NCBI GenBank assembly: GCA_963780185.1 | Contig: CAWABA010000006.1 | Span: 192,001 to 256,000 of the forward strand | Source of the DNA: Candidatus Bathyarchaeota archaeon | GTDB taxonomy: Archaea > Thermoproteota > Bathyarchaeia > Bathyarchaeales > Bathycorpusculaceae | Length of the DNA stretch: 64,000 nt | Direction: 5' to 3' | Part shown: positions 10,789 through 22,352 of the stretch, piece by piece | Numbering within the stretch: the first letter of the stretch is position 1 | Layout: each line of letters starts with the position of its first letter | Program-made: the position numbers and the translations under genes | The notes under the pieces: generated by a model | The model's input: the letters and a program-made list of their open reading frames with translations, nothing else | Told to the model about the DNA's origin: nothing | Databases searched by the model: none

Positions 10789-12334
10789 ACAGGAACTCCC
10801 GACGGTAAACAAGGCTTTGCCTAAATCTTTGAAGGTCGTCGACAAATATTCTTTGTATGAGCCTTTTTCGCAGGTTTTTATTGTTCAAGACCCTAAGACG
10901 GGCGAGTATAGGTACATTCTTGATGAGCTTCAGCTTGATAATTTTGAACGTGGAATTTATAATCGTGTTCTTGAGATTTTGCTTGCTGAGATTGATTCGC
11001 CGAAAGAGGAAATTGCTGATCCGAGAAAATTCTTCGCTGAAGCTGCTAAGAAAATCGTGGATAAATACCGGATTAGCTTGGGTTGGTTGCCTGATGTTTC
11101 GTGGTATAAGATTTTGTATCATGCGGAGCGGGATCTTGTTGGCTTCGGTAAGATTGATCCGTTGATGCGTGACCCAAACATTGAAGACATTTCCTGCGAC
11201 GGTGTCAACAAATCCGTTTACATTTGGCATCGAACCTTCGAAAGCATCGAAACCAACGTCCAATTCGAAAACGACGAAATCCTCGACAACATGGTCGGCA
11301 AACTTGTTCACATGGCTGGAAAACACGTAAGCTCAGCCTTCCCAATAGTCGACGCGTCGCTTCCTGGAAAGCACCGCTTGGCTGTCTGTTACCGCCGTGA
11401 AATCACGCCTTTCGGCACAGCTTTTACAATCAGAAAATTCCGTGATGACCCATACTCAATCATCGATTTAATCAACATCGGCACTTTCACCGAGGATCTT
11501 GCGGCTTACCTTTGGATTTGCCTTGAAAACCGCGCTTCAATCATGATTCTCGGCGGAACAGCCGCAGGTAAAACCACCGCTCTGAACGCTATGGCGTGCC
11601 TCATCAAACCCGGCAGCAAAATCATCACGATCGAAGAAACTGCGGAGTTAAACTTGTCGCATGAAAACTGGGTTTCGCTTATTAGCCGTCAAAGTTACGG
11701 TTTAGGCGGGAACGCAGTCGGTGAAGTTCCCCTCTTCGACTTGGTTAAAGCTTCAATGCGGCATCGACCTGACATGTTGATTGTAGGCGAAGTCAGAGGT
11801 CAAGAAGCGTACGTTCTGTTCCAGGCACTGGCGACAGGCCACGGCGGCATGTGCACAATGCACGCGGAAAACCTGGATTCAGCCGTGAAAAGATTAACTC
11901 AGAAACCCATGGAGATTTCTCCCGCTTACATCCCGCTGATGAACGTAGTTATTTCGGTTCAGCGTGTTCACCTGGTTAAGTCTGGTGTGAAGAAGGCTTA
12001 CAGACGCATACTTTCAACGAACGAAATTGCAGGTTACGAAAACTACGTTAACATTTTCACTTGGGATCCAATTGCGGACCAGCAAGTTTCTTTCCTTGAC
12101 AAAAGCCCGATGTTCGACGCTGTCGCAAAACGGGTTGGTCAGAGCACGGCGGAGTTGGTTGAAGAAACGAAGCGGCGCAGCGAGGTTCTGCATTGGATGC
12201 GGCAACAGAAAATCCGAAGCTACAAAGAAGTGGCTCATATAATCGCGGAGTACTATGCAAGACCGAAAGAGTTTTACTTGAAAATCAAGATGAGCGAGGA
12301 GGAAAAATCGGTTGCCGCTGCTCCAAAAATTTGA
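10781..12334 (+). CDS. Type IV pilus/secretion ATPase (FlaI/TadA/VirB11 family)
   Basis: Walker A GGTAAGKTT, IEETAE Asp box, RHRPDMLIVGEVRG, ATGHGGMCTMHA His box. Confidence 0.95.
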   Translation: MPEQELPTVNKALPKSLKVVDKYSLYEPFSQVFIVQDPKTGEYRYILDELQLDNFERGIYNRVLEILLAEIDSPKEEIADPRKFFAEAAKKIVDKYRISLGWLPDVSWYKILYHAERDLVGFGKIDPLMRDPNIEDISCDGVNKSVYIWHRTFESIETNVQFENDEILDNMVGKLVHMAGKHVSSAFPIVDASLPGKHRLAVCYRREITPFGTAFTIRKFRDDPYSIIDLINIGTFTEDLAAYLWICLENRASIMILGGTAAGKTTALNAMACLIKPGSKIITIEETAELNLSHENWVSLISRQSYGLGGNAVGEVPLFDLVKASMRHRPDMLIVGEVRGQEAYVLFQALATGHGGMCTMHAENLDSAVKRLTQKPMEISPAYIPLMNVVISVQRVHLVKSGVKKAYRRILSTNEIAGYENYVNIFTWDPIADQQVSFLDKSPMFDAVAKRVGQSTAELVEETKRRSEVLHWMRQQKIRSYKEVAHIIAEYYARPKEFYLKIKMSEEEKSVAAAPKI

Positions 12335-14042
12335 GGCTCTGTCCTACCGCCTTTTCGGGCGCTGGGCTCCATGGTTTGAGGGGCATATCTTCCCCGTTGC
12401 GGGATCCCTGGAGAGGGGACGGGTTAGGATTTTTCATGACACCTATATTTCAATGATGTTCCTCGCAGCCCTGTGTGCTCTTCCAGTTTCTTTCATAGGC
12501 ATTGTACTTGTTTTGGTAACACATGTTTTGCCTTTGCTGATTTTGGTTCCTATTCCTTTTTTCATTGCCGCAGGTTTCTTGTTTATGCCGACGTCGAACG
12601 CGAGCGATAGGTCTTCATCTTTGGAACGTGAAATGCCCTTTGCGGCGGCGTACATCAGCGTTATGGCTTCAGGCGGCATCGCCCCGTATACAAGTTTTAA
12701 GCGTCTTTCAGATGTGGATTTGATGCCTGCGATGCGTAGGGAAGCAAGAGACATAATGAAAGACGTTGAAGTTTTCGGCGTGGATCCTTTAACGGCTCTT
12801 GAGCAAGCTGCAAAGAAAAATCCTCTAGATATTTTCAAAGATTTCCTAAGTGGGTATGCGTCAACCGTCATTATCGGCGGAGACATCGGTCACTTTCTGG
12901 AACGCAAAGCCGAAGACATCTTCAAGACACGCGCGCTACGCGTTAAAGCGGCGGCTGAACGGCTCGGGATGCTGCTGGAAACTTTCATCATCGTCATGGT
13001 CATGATGTCGCTTTGCTTCTACATCCTTTTCGCTGTACAGCAAGTTCAGGGCGGCGCATCCACGGCATCACCAACCCTATCGACTTTCTCAGGAATACTC
13101 ATGTACACCTACCTTTTCACGCCGTTGATGTCTGTGATGTTCATTTATCTGGCGCATAGCATGCAGCCCAAGACACCCATAATTGAAATGAAGCCCTACA
13201 AAATATTCGCGGTTTCCGCAGTCGTTGGAGTGTTCGTGTTCCTACTATGCACCAACTTCATGTACACAACACAATTGCCCATATTCACCCAGCTTATAGG
13301 GATGGGTCTTGACCTGCCAATAGCAATAGCAGCTTGTCTGTGCATCTCGGCTGCACCAGCTGGAATCGTGCATATGCGAATGGCTAAAAAGCAAGCCAGC
13401 TTAGAAGCGGGAGTCACAAGTTTCCTACGCGACCTAACCGAGGTTCGAAAAACAGGGCTTTCACCTGAAAAATGTATCGAAAGCCTATCCAAACGCGATT
13501 ACGGAGCATTCAGTAAGGAACTCAGAAAAATCAGCGCTGAAATCTCTTGGGGGATACCATTGAAGCGGGTTATGCTGGATTTCCTGCATAGGACAAAGAG
13601 CTGGATGGTTCAGATCGTAATGTTTCTGCTCGTGGAAACCGTGGATGTGGGCGGCGGAACAATAGCGATGATTGAATCTTTAGCTAACTTCAACAATTTG
13701 ACTTCTGAGGTTGACAAAGAAAAGAAAATGTCGGTTCGACCATACGTGATGATGCCGTATCTCGCCTCGGTCCTTTTGGTCGCAACAACCACGATGATGC
13801 TAAACTTCACTACTGGCTTCGGCGTAACAACAACAACGGGCGTTTCAGCACAGGCTAACGCGGGCAAGGGCCTCACACAGACAATATTCCTAACTTCGGT
13901 TATTTTTAACAGTTACCTCATCGGCATAGTCGGCGGAAAAATCAGTGAAGAATCAATCGCTGCTGGATTCAAGCACGCGGCAATCCTTGTCGTGATAGCC
14001 GTCATCGCTGCAAAGTTGATTCCGATGTTCATCAAGCTTTGA
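12312..14042 (+). CDS. Type IV pilus membrane platform protein (FlaJ/TadC, two T2SSF domains)
   Basis: Multi-TM; LEREMPFAAAYISVMASGG and FLRDLTEVRKTGLSPEK T2SSF halves; overlaps the ATPase gene. Confidence 0.92.
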   Translation: MPLLQKFEALSYRLFGRWAPWFEGHIFPVAGSLERGRVRIFHDTYISMMFLAALCALPVSFIGIVLVLVTHVLPLLILVPIPFFIAAGFLFMPTSNASDRSSSLEREMPFAAAYISVMASGGIAPYTSFKRLSDVDLMPAMRREARDIMKDVEVFGVDPLTALEQAAKKNPLDIFKDFLSGYASTVIIGGDIGHFLERKAEDIFKTRALRVKAAAERLGMLLETFIIVMVMMSLCFYILFAVQQVQGGASTASPTLSTFSGILMYTYLFTPLMSVMFIYLAHSMQPKTPIIEMKPYKIFAVSAVVGVFVFLLCTNFMYTTQLPIFTQLIGMGLDLPIAIAACLCISAAPAGIVHMRMAKKQASLEAGVTSFLRDLTEVRKTGLSPEKCIESLSKRDYGAFSKELRKISAEISWGIPLKRVMLDFLHRTKSWMVQIVMFLLVETVDVGGGTIAMIESLANFNNLTSEVDKEKKMSVRPYVMMPYLASVLLVATTTMMLNFTTGFGVTTTTGVSAQANAGKGLTQTIFLTSVIFNSYLIGIVGGKISEESIAAGFKHAAILVVIAVIAAKLIPMFIKL

Positions 14043-14049
14043 TTGGAGA

Positions 14050-14925
14050 ATGCGAAAATGGCTAAAAACATGCTTGGGCGAAGGACAAAATTGCTGGGTA
14101 AGGACAGCAGAGGCGCTTAGCCCCGCTATCTCCACGATAATTATGACTGCTACCATCATAGTGATTGTTCTTGTCGCCATGGGCTACGGCCAAAGCTACC
14201 TTACTTTAAGCATAGCTCAAAACGAATTCAGCACAAACGAGCAGTTTATGCTTACGACGGGGTTGCAGATTGACAACGTTGCTTGGATGATTGGTAGGGC
14301 ACAGACAATTCAGTACACGAGCACCTACGGAAGCCTTCAGACGTTGCCTGACATGTTGACTTACACCGTCGACATGTATAACGGCGGAACCCTGCTCAAC
14401 TCCACAACCTTAGAAACAGGCATAATCGTGTACAACGTTCCCACCGCCGAGTACTCGCTTGGTAAAAACTACAAGCATCCTATTGGATCGTCAAACAACG
14501 CGTTTCTTCAGAACGGGTCAGCGGCGCCTGACAGTTACGCATACTCCGTCGAGAAGCTTGCTATGAGCGACGGAAACTACCTTCGCATAGTTGTTGTCCC
14601 CACGATTAGGATGATGACCTCCAAAGTGGGCAACGAAAACTACGTTGAATTTTACATGCCTCTGCTTACCAACGGCACAAGTCCATGCCTTTCAAAATCC
14701 GTCACGTTGATCTGCCAGAACGTCAATCAGTACATGCAAAGCCGCATCACGAAAGTGACGATTACTCCAGATTACCCCGCTTTAGCTAAAGGTTACGATA
14801 GCTCGTTTTTCCCATTCCCGAATCAGAACGGACAATCTGAATCCTGGTCTTCTCCTGATTCAACAGTTTACACAACGGAAGTCTTCATCGGTCAAGTTTC
14901 GGTTTCGGTGGGGCTGTACGCATAG
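14050..14925 (+). CDS. Pilin-like protein with class III signal peptide
   Basis: RTAEA|LSPAISTIIMTATIIVIVLVA archaeal prepilin pattern; operonic with ATPase and TadC. Confidence 0.75.
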   Translation: MRKWLKTCLGEGQNCWVRTAEALSPAISTIIMTATIIVIVLVAMGYGQSYLTLSIAQNEFSTNEQFMLTTGLQIDNVAWMIGRAQTIQYTSTYGSLQTLPDMLTYTVDMYNGGTLLNSTTLETGIIVYNVPTAEYSLGKNYKHPIGSSNNAFLQNGSAAPDSYAYSVEKLAMSDGNYLRIVVVPTIRMMTSKVGNENYVEFYMPLLTNGTSPCLSKSVTLICQNVNQYMQSRITKVTITPDYPALAKGYDSSFFPFPNQNGQSESWSSPDSTVYTTEVFIGQVSVSVGLYA

Positions 14926-14939
14926 ACGGAGTGACTTGA

Positions 14940-15419
14940 ATGCAACCCACTATTGAATACATGATTCTGATTCCGGTTCTGATCCTTCAAATTTTCCTCT
15001 TTCCCATGTTCGTCAACGTCGCAATGGGACAGTGGGTAGGCGACCGTCAAACGCTTGAGCTTCAGCAAACCGTCAGCAGCCTCGGCAGCGTAATCGAGCA
15101 GACTTACCTTTCGCTTAATCACACTTCGATTCTGAGCTGCACCTTCAACAGCACCCTTCCGTTTCCTGCGACAATTGAAGGCTACAATTTTACGGCTAGG
15201 GCCTCGCTGCATTCCATTTCGGATGCCGAGTATGGCTCTAGCAAAGTGCTGAATGTTACTATGAGTTTAGTCGGCAAAAATCTGTCAGCCAGCACCGAAG
15301 TGACGCTGGGGCAGAACGTGGTTTGGGTAAACTCGGTGCTCGTCGGCAACCCGCCAACAGCTTGCCTAATCGCCGAGAAATTCCCTGACCAAACCATCCA
15401 GCTGTCATTCGGCAGCTAG
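14940..15419 (+). CDS. Minor pilin-like protein
   Basis: MQPTIEYMILIPVLILQIFLF (QxxIE then hydrophobic helix). Confidence 0.7.
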   Translation: MQPTIEYMILIPVLILQIFLFPMFVNVAMGQWVGDRQTLELQQTVSSLGSVIEQTYLSLNHTSILSCTFNSTLPFPATIEGYNFTARASLHSISDAEYGSSKVLNVTMSLVGKNLSASTEVTLGQNVVWVNSVLVGNPPTACLIAEKFPDQTIQLSFGS

Positions 15420-15433
15420 CGGAGGAGAATGAA

Positions 15434-16678
15434 CTGTCAAGCGTATCTGTAGACCACATGGTTTCAATCGTCATTTTCTTAGCCGCCATTCTGCTCTTCA
15501 TCGGTCTCTTCGGGCAAACCATCCAGACCGCAGTCATCTACCAGCAACATCAAGCTATCGCCACAAAATGCAGTGACCTGCTGGATGAAATAATGCTTAA
15601 CCCTGGTAGCCCGAACTATTGGGGGCAAAGCGATTCGGCTCCTTCAAGCTTCGGCGTGCAAGACCCCGAGTTCACTGAGTATCGGCTGAGCGCTTTTTCG
15701 CTTATGCGGCTAGGCGCTTCAACGGGTGATTTGGTTGAGTACGCGAAGACACCTAACACGATGTACACGAGGGTGACCTCTGCGGGCGGAGCGGTTTTGG
15801 CGACTCCTAACGCTGAAGCCTTAAACTACTCTGAGGCGTTGCAGCTGCTGGGGATAAAAGGCACTTACGGCTTCCAGCTTTCACTAACGCCCGACGTAGC
15901 CGTGACTGTAACCCAAACCAACACTTATCCTTCCCCGCTGAGCCTCTCTATAAGCGCCACGGGAGCCGGCTTCCCATTTGAGGGCGCAGCCATAAACTCC
16001 TGTCTCATTTTAGTCACGCTGGGTCAAACTCCCGCTCAATACCCATCCTACACCATAGTTGACAATGTCACTTCCACCAACCAGCAAGGCGTAGCCTCAT
16101 TGGTTTTCTCAGCTGTAACAAATCCGAATCAGGTTTACGCGTTTATCGCTTACGCTCATTTAGACGGAATCGTCGGGGTAGGCTACCACATTAGTGGCTC
16201 AACTTCAGACGACACCGTGGTTCCCGTCATGCAGGACATGGCGTCTCACTCTGTCGCTTTAGCTAACAGCTACGACTTAAACAACTCTGGCCAAGCAGGC
16301 TTAATCATGAAATACAACGTGACCTGCGTCATCTCAACGCAGGATTACTCACTTAGCGAGTTGTCTCTTGGCTCAACAAGCAGCCCCGGCTTAGTAGGCA
16401 CCGTTGTCTCTGGCGAAGGCAACCCGTACCCGACTATTTCTATGCCGACTGCTACAACAGGCATTTTGATAGTTACCTATCAGCAGACCGCCACACAAGG
16501 CGGCGTTGTGGTGATGCCTTGGGGCATGAGCGCCTTGAGTTTTCAGGTGAATTACGGGGGGAATCCTTCTCGGCAGGAGTGGGTTGCGACGGATTTGCGT
16601 CAGGTTATGATTGGCGATGTAGCTTACCAGGCTAAGCTGTCGCTTTGGAGCACCAAAGGCATACAGGTGGTTAACTAA
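15434..16678 (+). CDS. Pilin-like/accessory pilus protein
   Basis: In-frame CTG at 15434 after GGAGGAG gives SSVSVDHMVSIVIFLAAILLF; contains NPGSPNYWG. Confidence 0.7.
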   Translation: MSSVSVDHMVSIVIFLAAILLFIGLFGQTIQTAVIYQQHQAIATKCSDLLDEIMLNPGSPNYWGQSDSAPSSFGVQDPEFTEYRLSAFSLMRLGASTGDLVEYAKTPNTMYTRVTSAGGAVLATPNAEALNYSEALQLLGIKGTYGFQLSLTPDVAVTVTQTNTYPSPLSLSISATGAGFPFEGAAINSCLILVTLGQTPAQYPSYTIVDNVTSTNQQGVASLVFSAVTNPNQVYAFIAYAHLDGIVGVGYHISGSTSDDTVVPVMQDMASHSVALANSYDLNNSGQAGLIMKYNVTCVISTQDYSLSELSLGSTSSPGLVGTVVSGEGNPYPTISMPTATTGILIVTYQQTATQGGVVVMPWGMSALSFQVNYGGNPSRQEWVATDLRQVMIGDVAYQAKLSLWSTKGIQVVN

Positions 16679-16679
16679 A

Positions 16680-18010
16680 ATGATGCGTACTGTCGAGGTT
16701 CTGATGGTGATAGTTATTTTGACTGGCGCGTTTATGGCGTCATCGTACTTTGCGGTTTTGCCTTGGCCCCGCCAAGTGTCTCCATTGGATTTGGGGCGTC
16801 TCTCGCTTACAACTCTTGAAACTCTAAATTCAAACAACGACTTAAGCCAAGCAGCCTTCGACACAGGAAACGCAACCGCATGGGAAAACCTGCAAGTTGC
16901 CCTCTCAGCTTCCCTGCCGCCCAACGTCATCTACAACCTTACCGTTTACAACGTAAACAGCGGCGAAGGCGGCTCCACGCTTTACACCCTTAAGCAATCT
17001 GTGTCAAACGCAGCAAACTTGGGAATCAGTTCTGACGCATCCTCCTACCTTGTTTCTTCATCTAACGTGACATTTGACCCTACTCCGCAGAAAATCGGGG
17101 AAAACGCAAACGGCGGAGGCGGAATAACCCTGTACATCCTGAATTGCAGCGACTCAAACGGCTGGTGGATCACGGGTTATAATGTTCAAAATTTGGCGCA
17201 AGACCTCTAAAATCTGTTGTCGCCTTACTTTGCGCGAACCGTTATGATTCAGAACACGGATGAATTGGGGACAATTACTAAATGGGTACGCCGTCTGCAT
17301 GGAGAAAACGTTCAAAACGCCGTTATCATCAACACATGCGGAGAAGCCGTGCCGATTCCGAGCGCGTATTCAGGGACTCCCTACCAAACAGATGGTTACG
17401 CCAGATACTGTTATCTTTTAGGTCAAAAAGTCAATCAGTACAATTGGACATGGACCAGCATAGTTGGTTGGCCCTTCTACTATGTAACTAACACCGCTTT
17501 GTTTTCCAACAGCCAAAACAACTGGGGCATATACGGAATGAACATGGTCAGCGACCTCAGGGATTAAACGCTTTCCTTGAAGGAATAGATAAGCCAACAT
17601 ATGGACCGGAGACAGCAGCACAGGCAGCCCGGGAGTGGTTAACCTGTCAAATGAAGCCTTCACTGAATGTAACTACTACGGCATTTACCCCTCAACATAC
17701 CAGACTTCGACCCGTGCCTTGCCCACTTCCATCTTAAGCGCGTATCATCTCACCGCGACAACCTACGTTTTCAACACCGCAAGGCGGCTACAATCCAGGC
17801 GCCGTGTACAGGCATACTGTTACCGCTAACGGGCACACATCGTTTCAAGGTGGATTCTACGCTCTGGGTTTAACCCGCACACCCGACATCAGGCTTACGG
17901 CACTAGGCTTACTCTGCGATTACCACCCGCGTATCTACAGTTCGGACTACAATAGCTATGAAACCTCGCGTCTAGTCATTTTGCAGCTTGGTTTGGTAGG
18001 AGGCACCTAG
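16680..18010 (+). CDS. Pilin-like/accessory pilus protein, broken by an in-frame TAA (17208-17210) and several frameshifts
   Basis: MMRTVEVLMVIVIL N-terminus; ORFs 16680-17210, 17217-17567, 17635-17829 and 17804-18010 are collinear and end at the next start codon. Confidence 0.65.
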
Positions 18011-21000
18011 ATGAAGTGCCTAAGAATGAATAAAAAAGGCCAATTCTCCATCATCGCCTCTCTTTTCGTCGCAGTTATCCTCATCTCAAGCGTCATGGTA
18101 ACATACTCCACCATTCGTTACACCTCAACGCAAACCCACCCGCAAATCATCAGCGCAGTTGACGAAACCAACCTATCCCTAAAACAGGTGCTAGGCTTCA
18201 CCGTCGGCTACTACGGCTCCATTCTGCAGGTCACTGGGAACTCTTCCTACGCTTACGATCAATCTCAGAGCTACCTTAACAGCGGATTAAACAACATCGT
18301 TGACGTAAACCCGAAGTGGGGCACCTCGTTTAAGGTCACTGACTTATCGCTTAGCACGAACTGGTTTACAAATTCAAGTTTCAGCCAAGGAAACCTCAAC
18401 GTTACCTACGACCTGACTGGGCTGGGCGTCTACGGCGTTGCCTACTCGATTTCATCTGAGCTAAGCGTGCAAGTCCTGCATTCATCGTTGAATCATCAGG
18501 TTTGCCTAACCGTTACCCAAGACGGCACTCAGCCCGTGGTCAGTTTAGGTGCATCCAGCTTCAGGTTTTATCAGTATCAAGACTCGAACTTGACGTGGGG
18601 CATGGTGAACCCGACTGGTTCGCCAGCGGTCTCAGGCGACGGAACCTACACAGTTGACATTCCTTCCTCGATAAACCCGCAATCCTTCATCGTTCAAGTC
18701 CAAGATTCACGAGGCATCATGGTTGCAGCTTCCTCTTTTAGTCACTACACGGGAACCTTGACCTTCAACTCCACATCGCAAAGCGGCGGAAACTACGTAA
18801 ACCAGTCCAATTCGCACGTTGACGGCGTCTCTGACCAGGGAACACACAGCAACTTCACAGCGCAGCAGGTGCCGCCAAAAGGCAATTACGATACCCTGAC
18901 TGAAGCGAACATAGCAACCACGCCTCAACCTTATCATCCATCGGGCTACAGTCTGGACAGTTCAACAACTCTTGTCTCAGGCGCGCCCAGCAACCTGGCA
19001 AGCGACGACGGGTCATACATGACTTTCGGAAGCTACGTGAGTTCAACATCCTCTCAAACACTCTACAGCAACCAGGGAACAACCACCATTTCGGGCACGA
19101 ACTACTACAGTTTCCTCACCTCTGGCGCAGTTTCCGCCGGAGTAACTCTAAGCGGCTCCATGTCAAGTTCAAGCAGCCTATTGGGTAAAGCAGTTTACAG
19201 TCTCCAAGGGGTGTCCACGATTCCCGCCAATATATGGGCCTTCAATTATAGAGCATGGAAAGACTCACTTGCAACTGTAAGCTATGATGCTCAATCATCC
19301 TACACGTACACGGGTGGAAGTTCTTCTTTTTCCTGGAGTCACACCGTCGGCACTGCAAATAATCGCCTACTTGTAGTTACAGTCTCAGTATCAGCGGCTA
19401 AAGGCTCAACTGGACCTGCCACAGTTTCATGGGTAAAATTCAACGGAGTGTCGATGACGCAACAGGTAACTAACGCCTATACTTCAAACACAAACCCGCA
19501 AGTGAGATCATACATATTTTACCTAGTAAACCCAGCGTCAGGCTCACATACAATTCAAGTGCAAATGTCTGCCAGCACTCAACCGCGGTTGGAGGAGCAG
19601 TTTCATACTACGACGTAAACCAATCAAGCCCCATACAGACACAAAACAGCTCGGCAAATTACGGTTCAGCCCCGTCGGTATCTGTGACAGCAACAGCCGT
19701 TGGTCAAGCGGTCTATGCCAGTTTGGGCACCAACTTAGGCACATCATACAGCATTACTGATAACAGCGGTCAAAGCCTAAGATGGAGCCAAACATCACAA
19801 AAGTACGCGGGAGAAGGGGACGACGTAATTAGCCCATCGGTTGGATCGGTCAGTTTAGGTTGGCAGCCGTCAAAATCAGTTGGGTATGTTTGCTGCGCAG
19901 TCTTAATCAACCCTTCCGCTTCTTCCGCAGTAGGAAATATCAATGTGACCATCATCATAAGAACATCAACCAACACCGTGAGGCAGACAATTGCAAGTAA
20001 CGTTGCCGTTTCAGGTGCCTTGACAACTTCCGCTTCCACGCTTTCAGGAACCTACAACTTTCCGGCTTACACCGTTGTAAGTCAAACGGATTACCTTGAA
20101 ATAGACTATTACGTTAGCGCGTCAACTACGGATTCCGCCGATGCTCACCTGATGATTGATGATAATGCGTTATCTCTTGCACAGCAAACAAGCATCAGCA
20201 ACGTCTTGCTGCCCGCGCAATACACGTGTCAGGCTGAGCTTTCAGGTACCTCTAACATGAACAATTGGAATAACCTAATTTGGGCAATAGATGCCGACTC
20301 AACCGTCGCCAACTCAGCCGCCGTTTTTCAGCTTTACAATTACGCATCAAGCCAATATCCCGGCAGCGGAAATGGGTATTTAACTGCAACATTAGGAACA
20401 ACCATAACACCGAACAGCCAAACCTTCACAGTGAATCCTACTCAGTACAGAGACAACATCGGAAACTGGAAGATACGATTCACTGTGACGGCTTCAGCGC
20501 CGTTCAACATTAACGTGGATTCATCTACGTTTACAAGCGGCGTGGCTTCCTACGGGCTAAACCTTGAAGAGCAATGGACAAACCTGAACACAACAGCGCT
20601 TATTCACCCAGCACTCTGCATAGACGCAGGCACCATGGGCTCGAACAAGGTGGCTGTTGCCGCCTGGAACGGGGCTTCATGGCAGACTCTTTCAAGTGGG
20701 CTAACGAGCGGCTGGAACAATATGTCCATTAACTCCTACTTAAGCTCAGGCTCGACCAATTTCACAATCAAATTCACTAAAACAGGTGACAGCTCACAAA
20801 ACACCTGGCAAGTGGCTTCAGCGTTGATAAGACCCGAATCCGACCAAGACATATTCCTGTCATTGCAGAATCCTGCGGCAACAGTCGCCATCGAGCTTCT
20901 GCAAAACGGAACCATGATTTGGCTCGGGCAAAACATGCAGGTCACCACTCAAACAATTCCTGTTCCGCCTATACCCGTGAAAGCCCTCCACGTTAACGAA

Positions 21001-22017
21001 ACCATAAACGGCGTCAACCAGCAAGTGCCTTTCCAGATTGAAGATTGGGCTTCTTCCTACACTGTGCCTCTGGGTTTAACAGACAACGCCACGGTTTTCG
21101 GCAGCAGGCAAATGGTTGTTTTTCTTGTGAACACGCATGTGTCCGCTTTTACTTTATGGTGGAACGGCAGCAGCCAAGCAATCCAAACCCCGTTGGCGTA
21201 CAGAGACACCCAATTCTCGGCAGATAACCCCGGTAGCAACTACCTCAGCAACGGGGGGCTAAACATCCAATTCGGGGGCAGCCCCTTTACCGCAACCGCG
21301 ACGTTAGCTGACAGCGGAACCTCGGATACGGCGACTTTCATGAAGCAGATAAACGGTCAAGCCAGCACCTATGGGTCAGGAATAGACTATGTGATTTACC
21401 ATGGAGTGGTGCGTGACGTGGTGCAGCAGGAAGCTGAATGGAGCAGCGGAGTCACCAACTGCCCCAACTTCTATGCCAACGTAGTGATTACTCTGCCCGC
21501 AAACGCCAACTACTACACCTATCAACTCAGCCTAATGTTCCTCAGCTCAACCCCAACCCGCACCATAACCCAACTCTGCCCAATCGCATTATCCTCAACC
21601 CTGAGCCAATTACAGACTGAAAACGGAACAGCTCAAGGCGACCCAATTGCTGCCAGCGGAACACAACTCTTCAACAAAACCCAAACCTGGATTCACCACT
21701 GGAGCCAATTCACCGACGGAACCAACGGCGCAGGCATAATGTTCACTGACGCATTTAACCACGGACTCTATGTCTTCGACGGCATGACTCCAGCAGCCGC
21801 AAGAGGCGCACTGAGCGCGGACAGCACAGCCAAAACAATCTCGCTCCTCCCAGTGACACTTAGTTCAGTGACGTTCCAAACTGCTTTAGACGTTTCATGG
21901 TGCGGTGCCGTGGTGACTTTTGACGGTTCAGTGCCTCAAATCTACAATGGACCGCAGCCTGGACTTTGGGTGCTGGCAGAAATACCGCCAACCATAGATA
22001 TGACCTGCGGCAACTAG
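18011..22017 (+). CDS. Giant pilin-like adhesin (~1,330 aa) with class III signal peptide; frameshift near 19580
   Basis: MNKKG|QFSIIASLFVAVILIS prepilin motif; Ser/Thr/Asn-rich beta-sandwich-like sequence continuing in ORF 19684-22017. Confidence 0.75.
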
Positions 22018-22073
22018 CCTCTTTTTTTAACCCCTACTTCCCTTAAGTGTCCGTTGCAAACGCTTTTCTGCTG

Positions 22074-22352
22074 TCAGTAAGTTAGACCCATGCGTTTTAT
22101 AAATTCAAGGACTCTTTCATATTCCATAATGTATTGTTTGCCTTTTTCAGTAAGTTTAAGAGACATCTCATCTTCAATCAAGCCAAGTTCTCTAAGCTCC
22201 GTTATATAATTCTTCAGCCGGTCAAAAGGCACATTAATTTGCACCTGAACATGCGTTAAAACAACCCTTTCCCTTTCATTACCTTCACTCCTCAATACAG
22301 ACAAAAGGTCCCCGTAAATCTTCAACTTGTCTCTGCGAGGAATTTTCTTCAT
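22074..22352 (-). CDS. Winged helix-turn-helix transcriptional regulator (HTH_45/DUF4364-like)
   Basis: RRDKLKIYGDLL...LKNYITELRELGLIE...LKLTEKGKQY. Confidence 0.85.
   Translation of the reverse strand: MKKIPRRDKLKIYGDLLSVLRSEGNERERVVLTHVQVQINVPFDRLKNYITELRELGLIEDEMSLKLTEKGKQYIMEYERVLEFIKRMGLTY

Noticed and set aside
17208-17210. In-frame stop within a pilin-like gene as possible recoding (Pyl/Sec)
   Set aside because: The codon is TAA, not TAG or TGA, and the gene has several nearby frameshifts; most likely a sequence error (e.g. TAC)
10781-22017. Archaellum operon
   Set aside because: No archaellin, FlaH, FlaF/G or chemotaxis genes; gene content fits a pilus
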